Shown one piece after another: positions 26,061 through 36,956 of a stretch of DNA of 64,000 bases. The stretch spans positions 100,380,001-100,444,000 of the forward strand of contig NC_087436.1 in NCBI RefSeq assembly GCF_036321535.1, in the 5' to 3' direction. A program made the position numbers and the translations under genes. The notes under the pieces were generated by a model. The model was given only the letters and a program-made list of their open reading frames with translations. It was not told the DNA's origin and did no database searches. The DNA comes from Camelus dromedarius (taxonomy: Eukaryota). Every line of letters begins with the position of its first letter. The stretch's first letter is position 1.

Positions 26061-26484
26061 ATGACAATTGTCTAATTCTAATACAATAAAGACAATTGTT
26101 TCCAATTCCAAATAAATTGAATGGTTCTGATTTTCTTTCAGGGACTGAAGTGTGGCAGGTATGCCAGTTATCTGGTTATGGGAAAGATAAGATCTCATGG
26201 GTTTCTCTCTGAGTTTTATTAAGAAGGTAGTTCCTTAGTTCTGGTGGGCTTCTAACATACACAACATGAGCAATATTCTGTGACATAGCTAGTTATCTGC
26301 CGCCATGTGTGTTTGCCCTTGCTGTCCCCTCTACCTTCCATCATTCTTGAGACATACCTGGTATTAACTTACCATTCCTTCTTCTAATACCACTCTTGAT
26401 TTTGTTTTCCTTCCAAAGGCATTCTTAAAGTCTGGTAGCAAACTATCTTTACTTTCTAGAGGTGTATCTTCCTTAAGAGTATCC

Positions 26485-26592
26485 ACAACTTGAGAGCAGC
26501 GATCCCCATCTCCTTTTTATTTGTATCCTCAGCACTTCACACTGAGCCTGAAACACAGGGAGGCACTCTATACATGCTTAGTACTTAACTGA
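26485..26592 (+). mobile_element. L2 3' end
   Basis: TTTGTATCCTCAGCAC...AGCCTGAAACACAGGGAGGCACTC. Confidence 0.65.
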
Positions 26593-29199
26593 GTAGAACT
26601 TGAAAGGGTATCATATTCCATTGAGTTGTTTTTCTTGGTCTATATTTAGTCCAGACTAAGAAAACACTGCTATCAAGAGTGAGAGAGGAATCTCCTAAAC
26701 AAAGTAATTGACAAGTTAGTATTTTCATGAGAAGTGGATCAAGTATATTCCAAATTCTCCATTGTCCGATTAAATTGTATTACTCTGTCTTTCTCTGAGC
26801 GTTTAAGCTGAACTAAAATACCAGAGGGAAAATATCAATGGAAATAACTCAAATATAATTATTTGCCAGTGACTCTGCTTGGAATTGTTTTTCTATTGAT
26901 CTATTGTATGGTACACTCAGAAGAGAAAGTTTGCCGTGAAACTGTACATCATGCAGGTTATCGATCTGCTGTGATGTACTCCTGCACCCACTCACAGTGC
27001 TCATTTATGAAGAGGGCATTTCTACCATCAGGGACCCTTTTGTGCTAAATTCCTAAAGCTTCATGAATCTCCTAAAAGTCTCTTCCTTCAATGAACATAT
27101 ATTATGACTACACAGATGTGACTCTTGATGGAATTTCCAGAAGCTGCACTTCAGAAATACAGCTAGTACCCAAACAAAAAGCACATAAAATGTGGAATGA
27201 TGCTGAGGAATAATGAATTTTGCAGGCTATTTATTCTGTCTAATGTACTCAGACCATGCTCCATCATCCCTTTGAAACTAGGACAAATATCTCTTAAACT
27301 AAAATGAGTCTTCATCTTGACTATAACTGATACATGCCCAGAGCATCTCCATAACTATCTTACATTTGGACACACATTTTCATTAAATAGAATTAATGTA
27401 GTACCCGCAGCGCACCCTACAATTATTAGGTGATTATAGGTATTGTTTTCTTTCGATTTAAATTAAAATTTAAGTCACAAATCAGGCAGATTCTGCAAGA
27501 GATATATTTTCCCCTTCAGTTTAAAATTAACAATATCAACAAGTTTAGTTTAGGGATTAGGGATACTTGGGGAAAAAAAAAAAGCTGTTCCTAGAAAAGC
27601 CCTCACATCAAACGTTAGTATATACTTGCCTATTAAATGGTGTGGTGCACTACATTTTCTTAATTTATTCTAGAACCGTTTTCTTTTTTTTTTCAGTAAA
27701 ACATGTTTTATCCCTCCATTTTAAGTTAAGTTTTTAGTAATAAAAAAGATATAAACCACTATAGGACAGCGAATAGTCTGTTCTTATCCATGTGATACCC
27801 TATGACCTCTCTTAAACAAGTAACTTTTCCAAGTAAATTACTTTTTTTTTTTCTGACCTCAAGATTCTTTTCTCCGAAGGAGCACAGAAAACCTTATGCT
27901 CAAGCAGTCTCCTGACTGTGGCATTTATGATTGCCACAACCCCAAGATCCTGGGCACACGGGGTGGACAAATCAGCTCTTTGTGATTTTTTTTCTATTCA
28001 CTAAAATTACATTAAGGTAAAAAATCTAAAGCACAAGTTCATTATTTCACTGTTTACACAATGTATGTGACTCTTCTTAGTATAAAGAAGACAAAGAGAT
28101 TTGGCCATAGTTTATTTTGCATGTTAGGGTTCCCATTTAGTGTTATTGTGTACACAATAGCGGGGAGGTGGGGCTGCATTCAGACGTATGACTCACTATT
28201 TTAAACAAATAACATTATCAGCTAGATTTAAACCTAAGTTACCCATCTGAAAGTCAGCCAGTGACACCAAAATTATGGGATGCCATGTGTGCAAAAAGGC
28301 ATGGTTCATAGAATACAAAGAGGTATTAAGGGTAATTGACCCTGTTAGCATGAGTCATTTTATATGTACAGGTATGTATCTGTGTTTGAACACAGGAAAT
28401 TCTAATGATTGATTCACATCTAGGTTATTTAAATAAAAGAAGATTTGACTTTATAGTCTAACTTAATTTGTGATTTGTGGAAAAATTCAAAAAAATAAAC
28501 TTTGCTAAATAGTTTATAATTCAGTGCTAACTTTTTACTGTCATAAACAAAAACAAGCTGTAAAGTCAAGAATAATGTGCAAAGTTGATGGCATAAAATA
28601 CTAATATCAATCTTGTGAAGGCCTTTCTAAGAACTGATGAAGAGGATAGAGTCTTAGGATTGAATGCATACCTTGTAAACTAATCTATTTCCAAAAGACC
28701 ATCCTGAAAATGAAACAAATATAATCGTTTAAAGGAAAAACTTTTCTAGTATAAATGGCAAATAAATCAACATAAACTTCTTAGACAAAAAGTAAAATTA
28801 AATATATATATTCACACAGACAAGGTTATGAAAGGCAGGATGTGAAAATGATTTTATCAGGCAAATTTATACTTAAGTTGCACTCCTGAAAATCAACAAG
28901 TACAAGCAAAATATGGGATAAATTGTTTGCTGAGAGAAATGACTGGTTAATAAAATCTGTTGAGATTAAAATGATTTACTGACATTGGAATTAATAAGTG
29001 TGTATGTACACTTGTAAATATCTCTATATATGCATATTCACATATACATATACACACATATGGTGCCTCTATGCATAGATATACATATGTGTTCATATAC
29101 CAGGATTTACTCATGTATATGTATGAATGTATAAATATGAGGCTATGTTTGTGTGTGTGTTTATACTCAGACACAAATATTCCATAAAAAGAAAACAGC

Positions 29200-29325
29200 T
29201 GATAAAAATGTTTAAAATGAGATTGTGGTGGTGGTTGCACAGCTCCATGCACTAAAAAGCAATGATTCGGTTTGATAAATTCATGAATTGTATAATACGT
29301 GAGTTACAGCTCAGTAAAGTTGTTC
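29200..29325 (+). mobile_element. Old L1 (L1MB/ME-like) 3' terminus
   Basis: AAAATGTTTAAAATGAGATTGTGGTGGTGGTTGCACAGCTC...GAGTTACAGCTCAGTAAAGTTGTT. Confidence 0.7.
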
Positions 29326-29421
29326 TTTTTTCTTTAAAAAAAAAAAAGAAAGCAAAAGGAAACTTCTAGACTATAGCTTCTTGAAATTCCACCAAAAAAT
29401 GTGGTAAAGAGTGATAATTTG

Positions 29422-29572
29422 GGGGGAAGGGTATAGCTCAAGTGGTAGAGCATATGCTTAGTATGCAAAAGGTCCTGGGTTCAATCCCCAGTACTTCCAC
29501 TAAAAAATAAATAAACCTAAAAACCTATCCCCATTGCAACTGCCAAAAAAAAAAAAATTATAATAATTAAAA
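29422..29572 (+). mobile_element. tRNA-Ala-derived SINE (Vic-1-like), young copy
   Basis: GGGTATAGCTCAAGTGGTAGAGC (A box)...GGTTCAATCCC (B box), an AATAAACCTAA body and an A-rich tail. Perfect 16-bp TSD AAAGAGTGATAATTTG at 29406 and 29573. Confidence 0.93.
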
Positions 29573-29589
29573 AAAGAGTGATAATTTGT

Positions 29590-30305
29590 TCTTCAATAAG
29601 CCCTAAAGGCAAAAATAAATGTGAAAGAATTTTACAACAAATTATTGGGGTCTGGAAAGCAGGTGGACAATAGCAAATTATTCAGTAAAGCCAAAGATGT
29701 AGAATCTGAGCCACCAATGAAGAAAGCCAAAAAGTAAACGAATTTATCCATGGAAACTTCAGGAAGTAGAAGAGTCAGGATACCCTGAAATGTCAGGGAA
29801 GACTGTCTCTTAAATTTAAATAAATAAATTGGGGCTTAAGAATACCCAGCTCTCTTCACCACTTTATCACGGTTGGAAAATTGTTTAACCCACATTCCAG
29901 GAGATAACTGAAACTTACTCAAATATTGGGTACTTGGACTAATGGCCAAAAGATGTAGCTCTGTAGAATGTATTCAGACTCCAAACCAACCTTCTTCCCA
30001 TGCGCAAGCCTCAGAACAGAGAAGATTTCACAAAAGTTGTCATTAAAATAAATACATTACATCCAAGAAAGAAGATCAATATATACATATTTCAGGGAAT
30101 TTAACAGAAAAAGACCTTGTAGAATTAAAATTTAGCACAACTGAAAAATAATTGAGCAAAAAGGTTGGAAGGTATAATTCAGGGAAGACTAACTGAAAAT
30201 AGAGCATAAACAGGAAAGCAAGTGCGACATATAAAATACAGTAATATTTAAAACAAAATTGAAAGGATTGGCTCTAGAGTTCCAACATCTGAATGTTAGG
30301 AGTAC
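29590..30305 (+). mobile_element. Old L1/HAL1 5'-ORF1 region, degenerate
   Basis: GAAAGCAGGTGGACAA and AAAGGTTGGAAGGTATAATT...TCTAGAGTTCCAACATCTGAATGTTAGGAGT resemble ORF1 of L1ME/HAL1. Confidence 0.45.
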
Positions 30306-32177
30306 ACCCAAAGCAAATTATACTATAAAAAGAGGAGCTAACAGCTCTCATACTTCTCAGGCAAACAGATGAATTCTAAAAGTCATGCTGTATTAAATCT
30401 CCAAAATTATACTTTTTCGTCCCCAAATATTATATCCTACTCAAAACCCTTCCTTGACTTTCCATCTCTACCTGTATCAAATATAATTTTATCTGCACCG
30501 TACTTAAGAGCATCCAAAATATGGCTCTAACTTCCGCTCAGTTCTACCTTACTACACTCCAAGTTGCACAAATTGGCCAAGCTGTTCTTTTCTAAACATA
30601 TTTCCTGCATTGTGAGCATTGCTTAAATTTTTTTTCACTTAGAACACCTGTCTTCATTGTTTCTCATTCATTAGAAATGGTCATAGCTAAAAACTATGGG
30701 AGACAGAAAATAGTATATTATGTATCACCCAAGATTTATTTTAAAATTTGTTTCATATATATATATAGTATAAACTACTATGCATTATTTTATTCTCTTA
30801 TTTAACTAGAATTTGACTACCATGATACCATGTTTCTTGTATTTTAGGGGAAAATAGTTATAATCAAAATGCTATTTTTTTTTCGAGTTCTAACTTTCAG
30901 ACCCCTCAATTCACCATAATAATCATCTTAGGAAGTAAATGATATTATATCTTGTTTTCTAGTGTTTAAATATTTGTCTAATTTCCTAAAAAGGATCTCA
31001 AGATCCCTTGAGGAAACAGGATGTCTTGCCTTTCTATTTAAGCTTATCTGTCTCATCTCACACTTCTGTGAGGAAGTGAGCCACAAAACTTCTTGGAATA
31101 TAACTAACAAATTAAATAAAATACAAGCAATGAATGTTTAAGAAATGGTGAGATGATTAATTTTGTAAGGACAAAACATAGAAGAATTTCTTCTTAAAAT
31201 GGAATTTTGTCTAGAATGGAGGGTAATAGAAGTAAAGTTAAAATGATACAGTGTTACATGTTGAAACACCGAAGAGCATTAAAAGTGATAATTAGTCAAA
31301 AGTTAAAACTATTTAAATAGAGACGTAAATTATTCCAATGAAAGTTAGGATACTATTTTAAAACCACTTCAAATAAATACCCAGTGTGTCAGTATTTTTA
31401 ATGTGAACTTTTCCCTATAATTGGGAAAGATTTGTTCATTTGAAGAAAATAAAAAAGAACAATAAGCAGAGTTGAAAGATTTTATTGAGCATCATGAAGT
31501 AAATGTCAGAAACAGTGATTTACATACCCTCCCCATATGCTAATTTACATATGATAGTATGTGTTGCATATACCAAATTTTGTGACATTTATTTCAGGAA
31601 GCACTGTAAAACTTCCAGCTCTGGTTATAGCATTCACTTTGAATTTTATCTCAGTGATGGTGTCATTGCCGAATGGAGAAATAGCACAGAAACTGCAGCA
31701 TATATTTTCTGTTCCTATCACATTATGATTACATGAAGTTGTATATTTCTGCATAGTGACATTATCCCTTGTCAGTTGCATATCAAATATGATGACATTC
31801 AAACAAATGAAACATAAATATGTGTAATGTTTCTTGCTACTTCATCAAATCTCAAGGTACATCTGCAATGAAAAAATGGAATTAAAATATTGATGGAAGA
31901 TGGTTCGGAGATGGTTCCCTCTGGACTGCAGTATATTAAGTGGGAAAAAAGTCCTGCATATAAGCCATATTCTGAATAGTTTCTTTCAAAGTTATTTAAT
32001 AATGTAAATATTTTATATATATCTATGTATTAAAATATAAGACTTTCCTAGTGAACTTTATAAAATAAGACCATGAAAATTTTATTTTTTTGCATTAATT
32101 TTCATGAAAAAAATCCATTTTTGAGTTATAAGAAAAGGCAAACACTGCAAAGTATTAAATCTTTAGTAATTCATTTC

Positions 32178-32303
32178 GATTGGAATATAGTCTATTTACA
32201 ATGTGTTAATTTCTTGTGTACAGCATGGTGAGATATATATATATATATATATATATTCTGTTTCATATTCTTTTTCATTATAGGTCATTACAAGGTATTG
32301 AAA
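32178..32303 (-). mobile_element. Lineage-specific L1 3' end with internal (TA)n
   Basis: ATTGGAATATAGT...TTTACAATGTGTTAATTTCTTGTGTACAGCA...TTCATATTCTTTTTCATTATAGG...TACAAGGTATTGAA. Confidence 0.8.
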
Positions 32304-33051
32304 ACTTAATTCTAGGAATTAATCTCCACACCCACCAAAAAGAAACAGAGTAGAAATTAATCAGACATTTCTTATTAGTTACACTCCTTTATGAAAATTT
32401 TCATACTAGTTGAAAATAAAAGTAGTTTTCAGGTTAGAAGCCATAGAAAAATCAGAGTTTATAACAAAAATCCTACAGCTGGACTAACTTCAGTTGTGGT
32501 GACATGACTAGGAATCTGTAATTACCCAAATGCTTTATATTTATGCCTTCCAAGCTACTTGCTCATTTTTGCTTTCTTTGAGCATAATACAGTATCCTGA
32601 TTCAAAAGAATAGATATTTGGTGCTATTCAGGGATTAGTAGAGGTTTAAATGTTAATACTCTGCAACACTATTTTTTCTGAAGAATTCTCATTAAAATTC
32701 TTACAAGGGCCCTCAGAGTATATGCTGTGCTTAAAAAGGGCATTTGTGGGAAAAAAATACTATCTTGGGAATGCAAAATGCAACACACTACAATAATCTT
32801 TGAACATTACAGCACTCTGCCTTTTAAAGTGCTCTGAATACAGCAGACTCAGTAAATACAGCTTAATGGATCTATTTTACTTAAGCAAATATTTACCAGA
32901 AGGTAACACATGATTTTATTTCTTCTTTAATTATTTATATCTAGAAGATGAAATATGACTTTAGTATAGGTGAAAGGAGGGACCCACTCCCTTCACGTTG
33001 ACCAGCAGGGTAAGGAATTTCAAGGTGCATTTTAAGCAGATTGCAAGCACG

Positions 33052-33197
33052 TTCTCTCTCTCCCTCTCGGTCACTCTCTCACCTTCCTTCCCATCCTTCC
33101 TTCCCTTCCTCCTTCTCTTATTTAATCCTTTCCAGTCCTCCCTTTGCTGTTTCCTTCCTTCCTTCCTTCCCTTCTTCTTCCTTCCTTTTCCTTCCAC
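33052..33197. repeat. Polypyrimidine (CCTT)n/(CT)n low-complexity tract
   Basis: Read directly. It explains the three overlapping low-complexity ORFs here. Confidence 0.9.
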
Positions 33198-36073
33198 TCT
33201 GTTTTGTTTTCATGTTTGGTTATTATAAACAGAGGCTCAGACACTTAATTCAACAGAAATGTGCTAAATAAGAGAAATGTTTATTGGACACAGATTTTTT
33301 AAAAAAGAGACAATAACCACAGAACTTTTTAATTTGTACTTAACTCTTGTTTATAGTTTTTGAAAGTGTATTTTAATTTTCTATTTGTTCTGTGTGCCTT
33401 GGAAAATGAAAATTTTGAGAGGAAATTAATTCTTTTCTCAGCTCTTCCATAGTTCATTTCAGAATCTGGTTTTTGCTCTACTCTGAGATTAATGCATCCT
33501 CTAAAGGGCACACCAGATGACAGCTAGTTTGGAGCCATCTTTGGGAATCTGGAGATTCCTGGATAAAAGAATACAGCCTTAAAACAGTTGCCTTTAATTA
33601 TATGCCAAATGGTGCACAACATTCATTTTCAAATAACCAATGGGGCTGCAGGACTCCTATGTTTACCTAAACTCCCAATTACACTACATTGGTTGGCTTG
33701 TCAATTCCAGTTCAGCCGGTAACAGACATGCCATGTAATTTTAGATTTTAAAATTATATTTTAAAATAATTTAGTTAGTTAATAACTAAGGACAATGAAG
33801 TCCAGTGTGGTTAAAAGATGCATTCATGGTCAGAAATCTGGTTAAAGTTTAGGTTAATATAAAATTTCCTGACTCCTAATCCAGTGCATTTTCTTACCTG
33901 TATTCTTAAATTCTTTTCCAGTCTTTAGATTAAATGTAGAAACGAAGAATGTTCCATGTAAGCCAGTAGCTTTTGACTTAATACTGAAAGTATTCTCTTT
34001 CCTGGAGAAGCATACATTTTAATCCCCCAAGGGACAGGGTCTTTGAGTGACTGCTCACCCACCACGGATAGCCAGGAAGGCTAGGCAGATCCATGAACTG
34101 TCAAAAAGTAAACACTTCTTTGGCCTTTTGGAATGGCAGTTACAAGTTATGAAATGATGTTTAGGAGAAACCGGCATATGGCAATGTATTCATAGAAACC
34201 GAGGTGTATCCCTTACCAATATAAATAAGGGCTTTCATTTTCTTCTTGTTTTCACTGCACACCACTCTCAAAGATAAGCACATTATTATCTTTTAACAAT
34301 GCAAAATCTCCTTGTCCTAATATTGCTGAAGCTTTGTTTTCCATTGGGTAGAACAAATGTGCCTTTCAAATCATCAGGGGAGGGAGAGCTATGCCTTTTA
34401 ACTCACTCTGCCCATATATGTGGCCCATGAGAAAATAATTGGATATTTTCAGTGATAATATGGCTACTGAGCAAGGCTAGCAGAAATATGTAACATAGAA
34501 ATAAAATGTATCTGCTAACAAACTCAAATTTTAAAAATAAATAATTTGGGCTACCCTTGAATCCCCTTACCCAAAGCAGAATAATGCCAATGTTACCAAT
34601 AAGATTGAAACTACTAGCAACAGAGAAAAAAGCAGAGTAAACCAAGGTTAACGCATGATAGAGCTCTTTTGCCCTTTCTCACCATTTAAGCTTTTTGACA
34701 CCCCCTTGAAAAAGTAGTCACCAAACTGAGATATTGGTACCAATCCCAAGAGGGGAGACAATCTCACTTTCAGAGTAATGCCTGGTGAAAAACAATGTTC
34801 CAAAGGTCAGTGTAACGATGAAATATGACTGTTGTCACCAGAGAGCGTGAAGACAACGCAGCTGACATTGATGAAGAGCAAATGTTATATGTCGCGGAAA
34901 CCTTGACCAAAGATTGTCTAACTCAAATACATGACCAACTTGAGGTACTTTTTAATTTTTTTTTTCTATTGTAGTGTTTCTCACCCACATTCATAAATCA
35001 AACCTAATCAGGACATAAGTGAGTAATGATCTAAAATACAGTAACAATGATTAATCTGATTTTTCCAAATCAAGGTAAATTTGCGGTGAATTGCTGTATG
35101 ATTTTAGTGGCTGTGGATAAAAATACATTTTTTCATTCACAACACCTGATGTTATGTTTTATAAAATTTCCAGTGCAGTGTCTTGTTCACAACAGGCACT
35201 CAAAACTATAAAAAATGTAGTAAAGAAATAAGTACTGGTGTTGCACCTGTGCTCTGACCCTACTTACAATATCTTCAATTCTATATTAATGCTCCACTTC
35301 TGGACAAAGTGTCTATTGATGCTTTCCCAAACCTTTTATTTTCTTATCTTTGTAATTCAGTTTTCTTCAAAGAACCCAATTCTCTTCTGCCTACTTCAAT
35401 TATACTGTTTTTTGTTTTTGTTTTTGTTTTTTTCAGAATTCAGCTCATCAAAGTCATCCATTAAATTTTCCCTGTTTAAAACTGAGATTCCGGAATAATG
35501 CTTCTCAAGTTGTCATGGAATAAATTCATTTTATGAAATGCTTGTCATTGAAATGCGCCTCTCAGCTTATATTATTTGTGTCCTCTAATGATTTCTTTTT
35601 TTATTGATATGACAAGATATATGGTAAGCACACAGTGAGTTTTATTAATTAATACTAACCATACACTAGACACTCGTGCTTTGGGATATTTTGTACCAGG
35701 TGAACATGTAAAGGAAAGACAGGACCATTGCAGAGTGTGCCTGTGATGACCTACCAAGTAGAAGTTTTACCAGTCTGAGATAATACCCTTTTCCATATTC
35801 TGAGCATTAGACCTCGGTAAGTAGGTCTGCTATAAGAACCTTGGTACCAGGAGTTCTCGATTTAATTAAAAAAAAAAAACATACAAATTAGAAAGAGAAA
35901 CTCAGTTTTGGTGCTTAAAGGTACAAGCGTCTGGCATCCTCTGTTGCAGTTTCTTTGATATTTGATCACATTCCCTTAGTGACGTCTCCTGTGCTACTAT
36001 TGCTGTCTTCTCACAGATTTCTAGAAGACATTTTGGAAGAAAAGTGAGAAGCTATCTTGGTTTATCCCCTTTC

Positions 36074-36250
36074 CCAGTGTTTCCAACTTGTTCAATAGAA
36101 CACCTGGGATCCATGATCTAGGAATCCAAAAGTACACTCTACGGACAACTAAGTTTAAGAGCTAGTGCACACCCCATCTCCCTGCTGGAGATTCATGACA
36201 TCGATGGTGACATCAAAGGTTCTGAGATGTATTTTCATTTTTTCCAAGAC
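36074..36250. mobile_element. hAT-Charlie MITE (MER112-like)
   Basis: CAGTGTTTCC start and CTGGAGATTCATGAC...CATCAAAGGTTCTGAGA resemble the recalled consensus. Confidence 0.5.
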
Positions 36251-36299
36251 ATATAGAGCCCGATGTATGTTTGATCTAAATATTCTTCCACCCCTTTGA

Positions 36300-36485
36300 C
36301 AGTATTAACCCATTTAAACTTAAAACAACCCATGAGAGCTACTATTACTATCCCATTGTGTATAAGAGGGAATGAGAGATTAAATCACTTTTTCACAATC
36401 ACAAATCTAGGATGAGGTAGAACTGGGGTCTGCACCCAGGCTCTCTGGTTCCTGGGCCCATTCCCTAGCTCTCTGTGCTTGCTAC
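36300..36485 (-). mobile_element. MIR SINE
   Basis: AAACAACCCATGAG...TACTATTACTATCCCATT...ATAAGAGG...GGTAGAACTGGGGTCTGCACCCAGGCTCTCTGG. Confidence 0.7.
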
Positions 36486-36646
36486 TTCTCCCCTAAACCA
36501 AACTGCAGTTTAATGTTTACTCTTTCCACAGATTTTACAGCTGAATGGTCAGTACCTTCTGTAAATCAGCCTTTCCAATATTGGAAACTAATTTTTTTCT
36601 GCAAGTTAGGATTTTTATAACAATAATTCTTATTAAATTACCTCTT

Positions 36647-36956
36647 TATTTTCCTTTTTTTATTGACGTATAGTCAGTTTACAATGTTGTGTCAATCTCT
36701 GGTGTACAGCACAATGTTTCAGTCATACATGTACATATTCTTTTTCACTATAGATTACTACAAGATATTGAATATAGGTCCCTGTGCTATACAGTAGAAA
36801 CTTGTTTATCCATCCTATATATAGTAGTTAACATCTGCAAGTCTCGAACTGCCAATTTATCCCTTCCCACTCCCTTCCTGCCTTCCTGTAACCGTAAGTT
36901 TGCTTTGTATGTCTGGGAGTCTGTTTCTGTTTTGTAAATAAGTTCATTTGTGTCTT
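36647..36956 (-). mobile_element. Lineage-specific L1 3' end (~310 bp)
   Basis: TTTATTGACGTATAGTCAGTTTACAATGTTGTGTCAA...TACAAGATATTGAATATAG...CCCTGTGCTATACAGTAG...GAGTCTGTTTCTGTTTTGTAAATAAGTTCATTTG. TSD TTAAATTACCTCTT (36633) vs TTAAATCACTTCTT (36957), 12/14 identical. Confidence 0.92.

Noticed and set aside
29425..29499. Functional tRNA gene (apparent AGT anticodon)
   Set aside because: It has a SINE body, an A-rich tail, a 16-bp TSD, stem mismatches and paralogues in the window. It is a tRNA-Ala-derived SINE.
1572..36937. Two ORFs both starting MSISGVQHN as a gene family
   Set aside because: Both are antisense translations of the same L1 3' UTR sequence.
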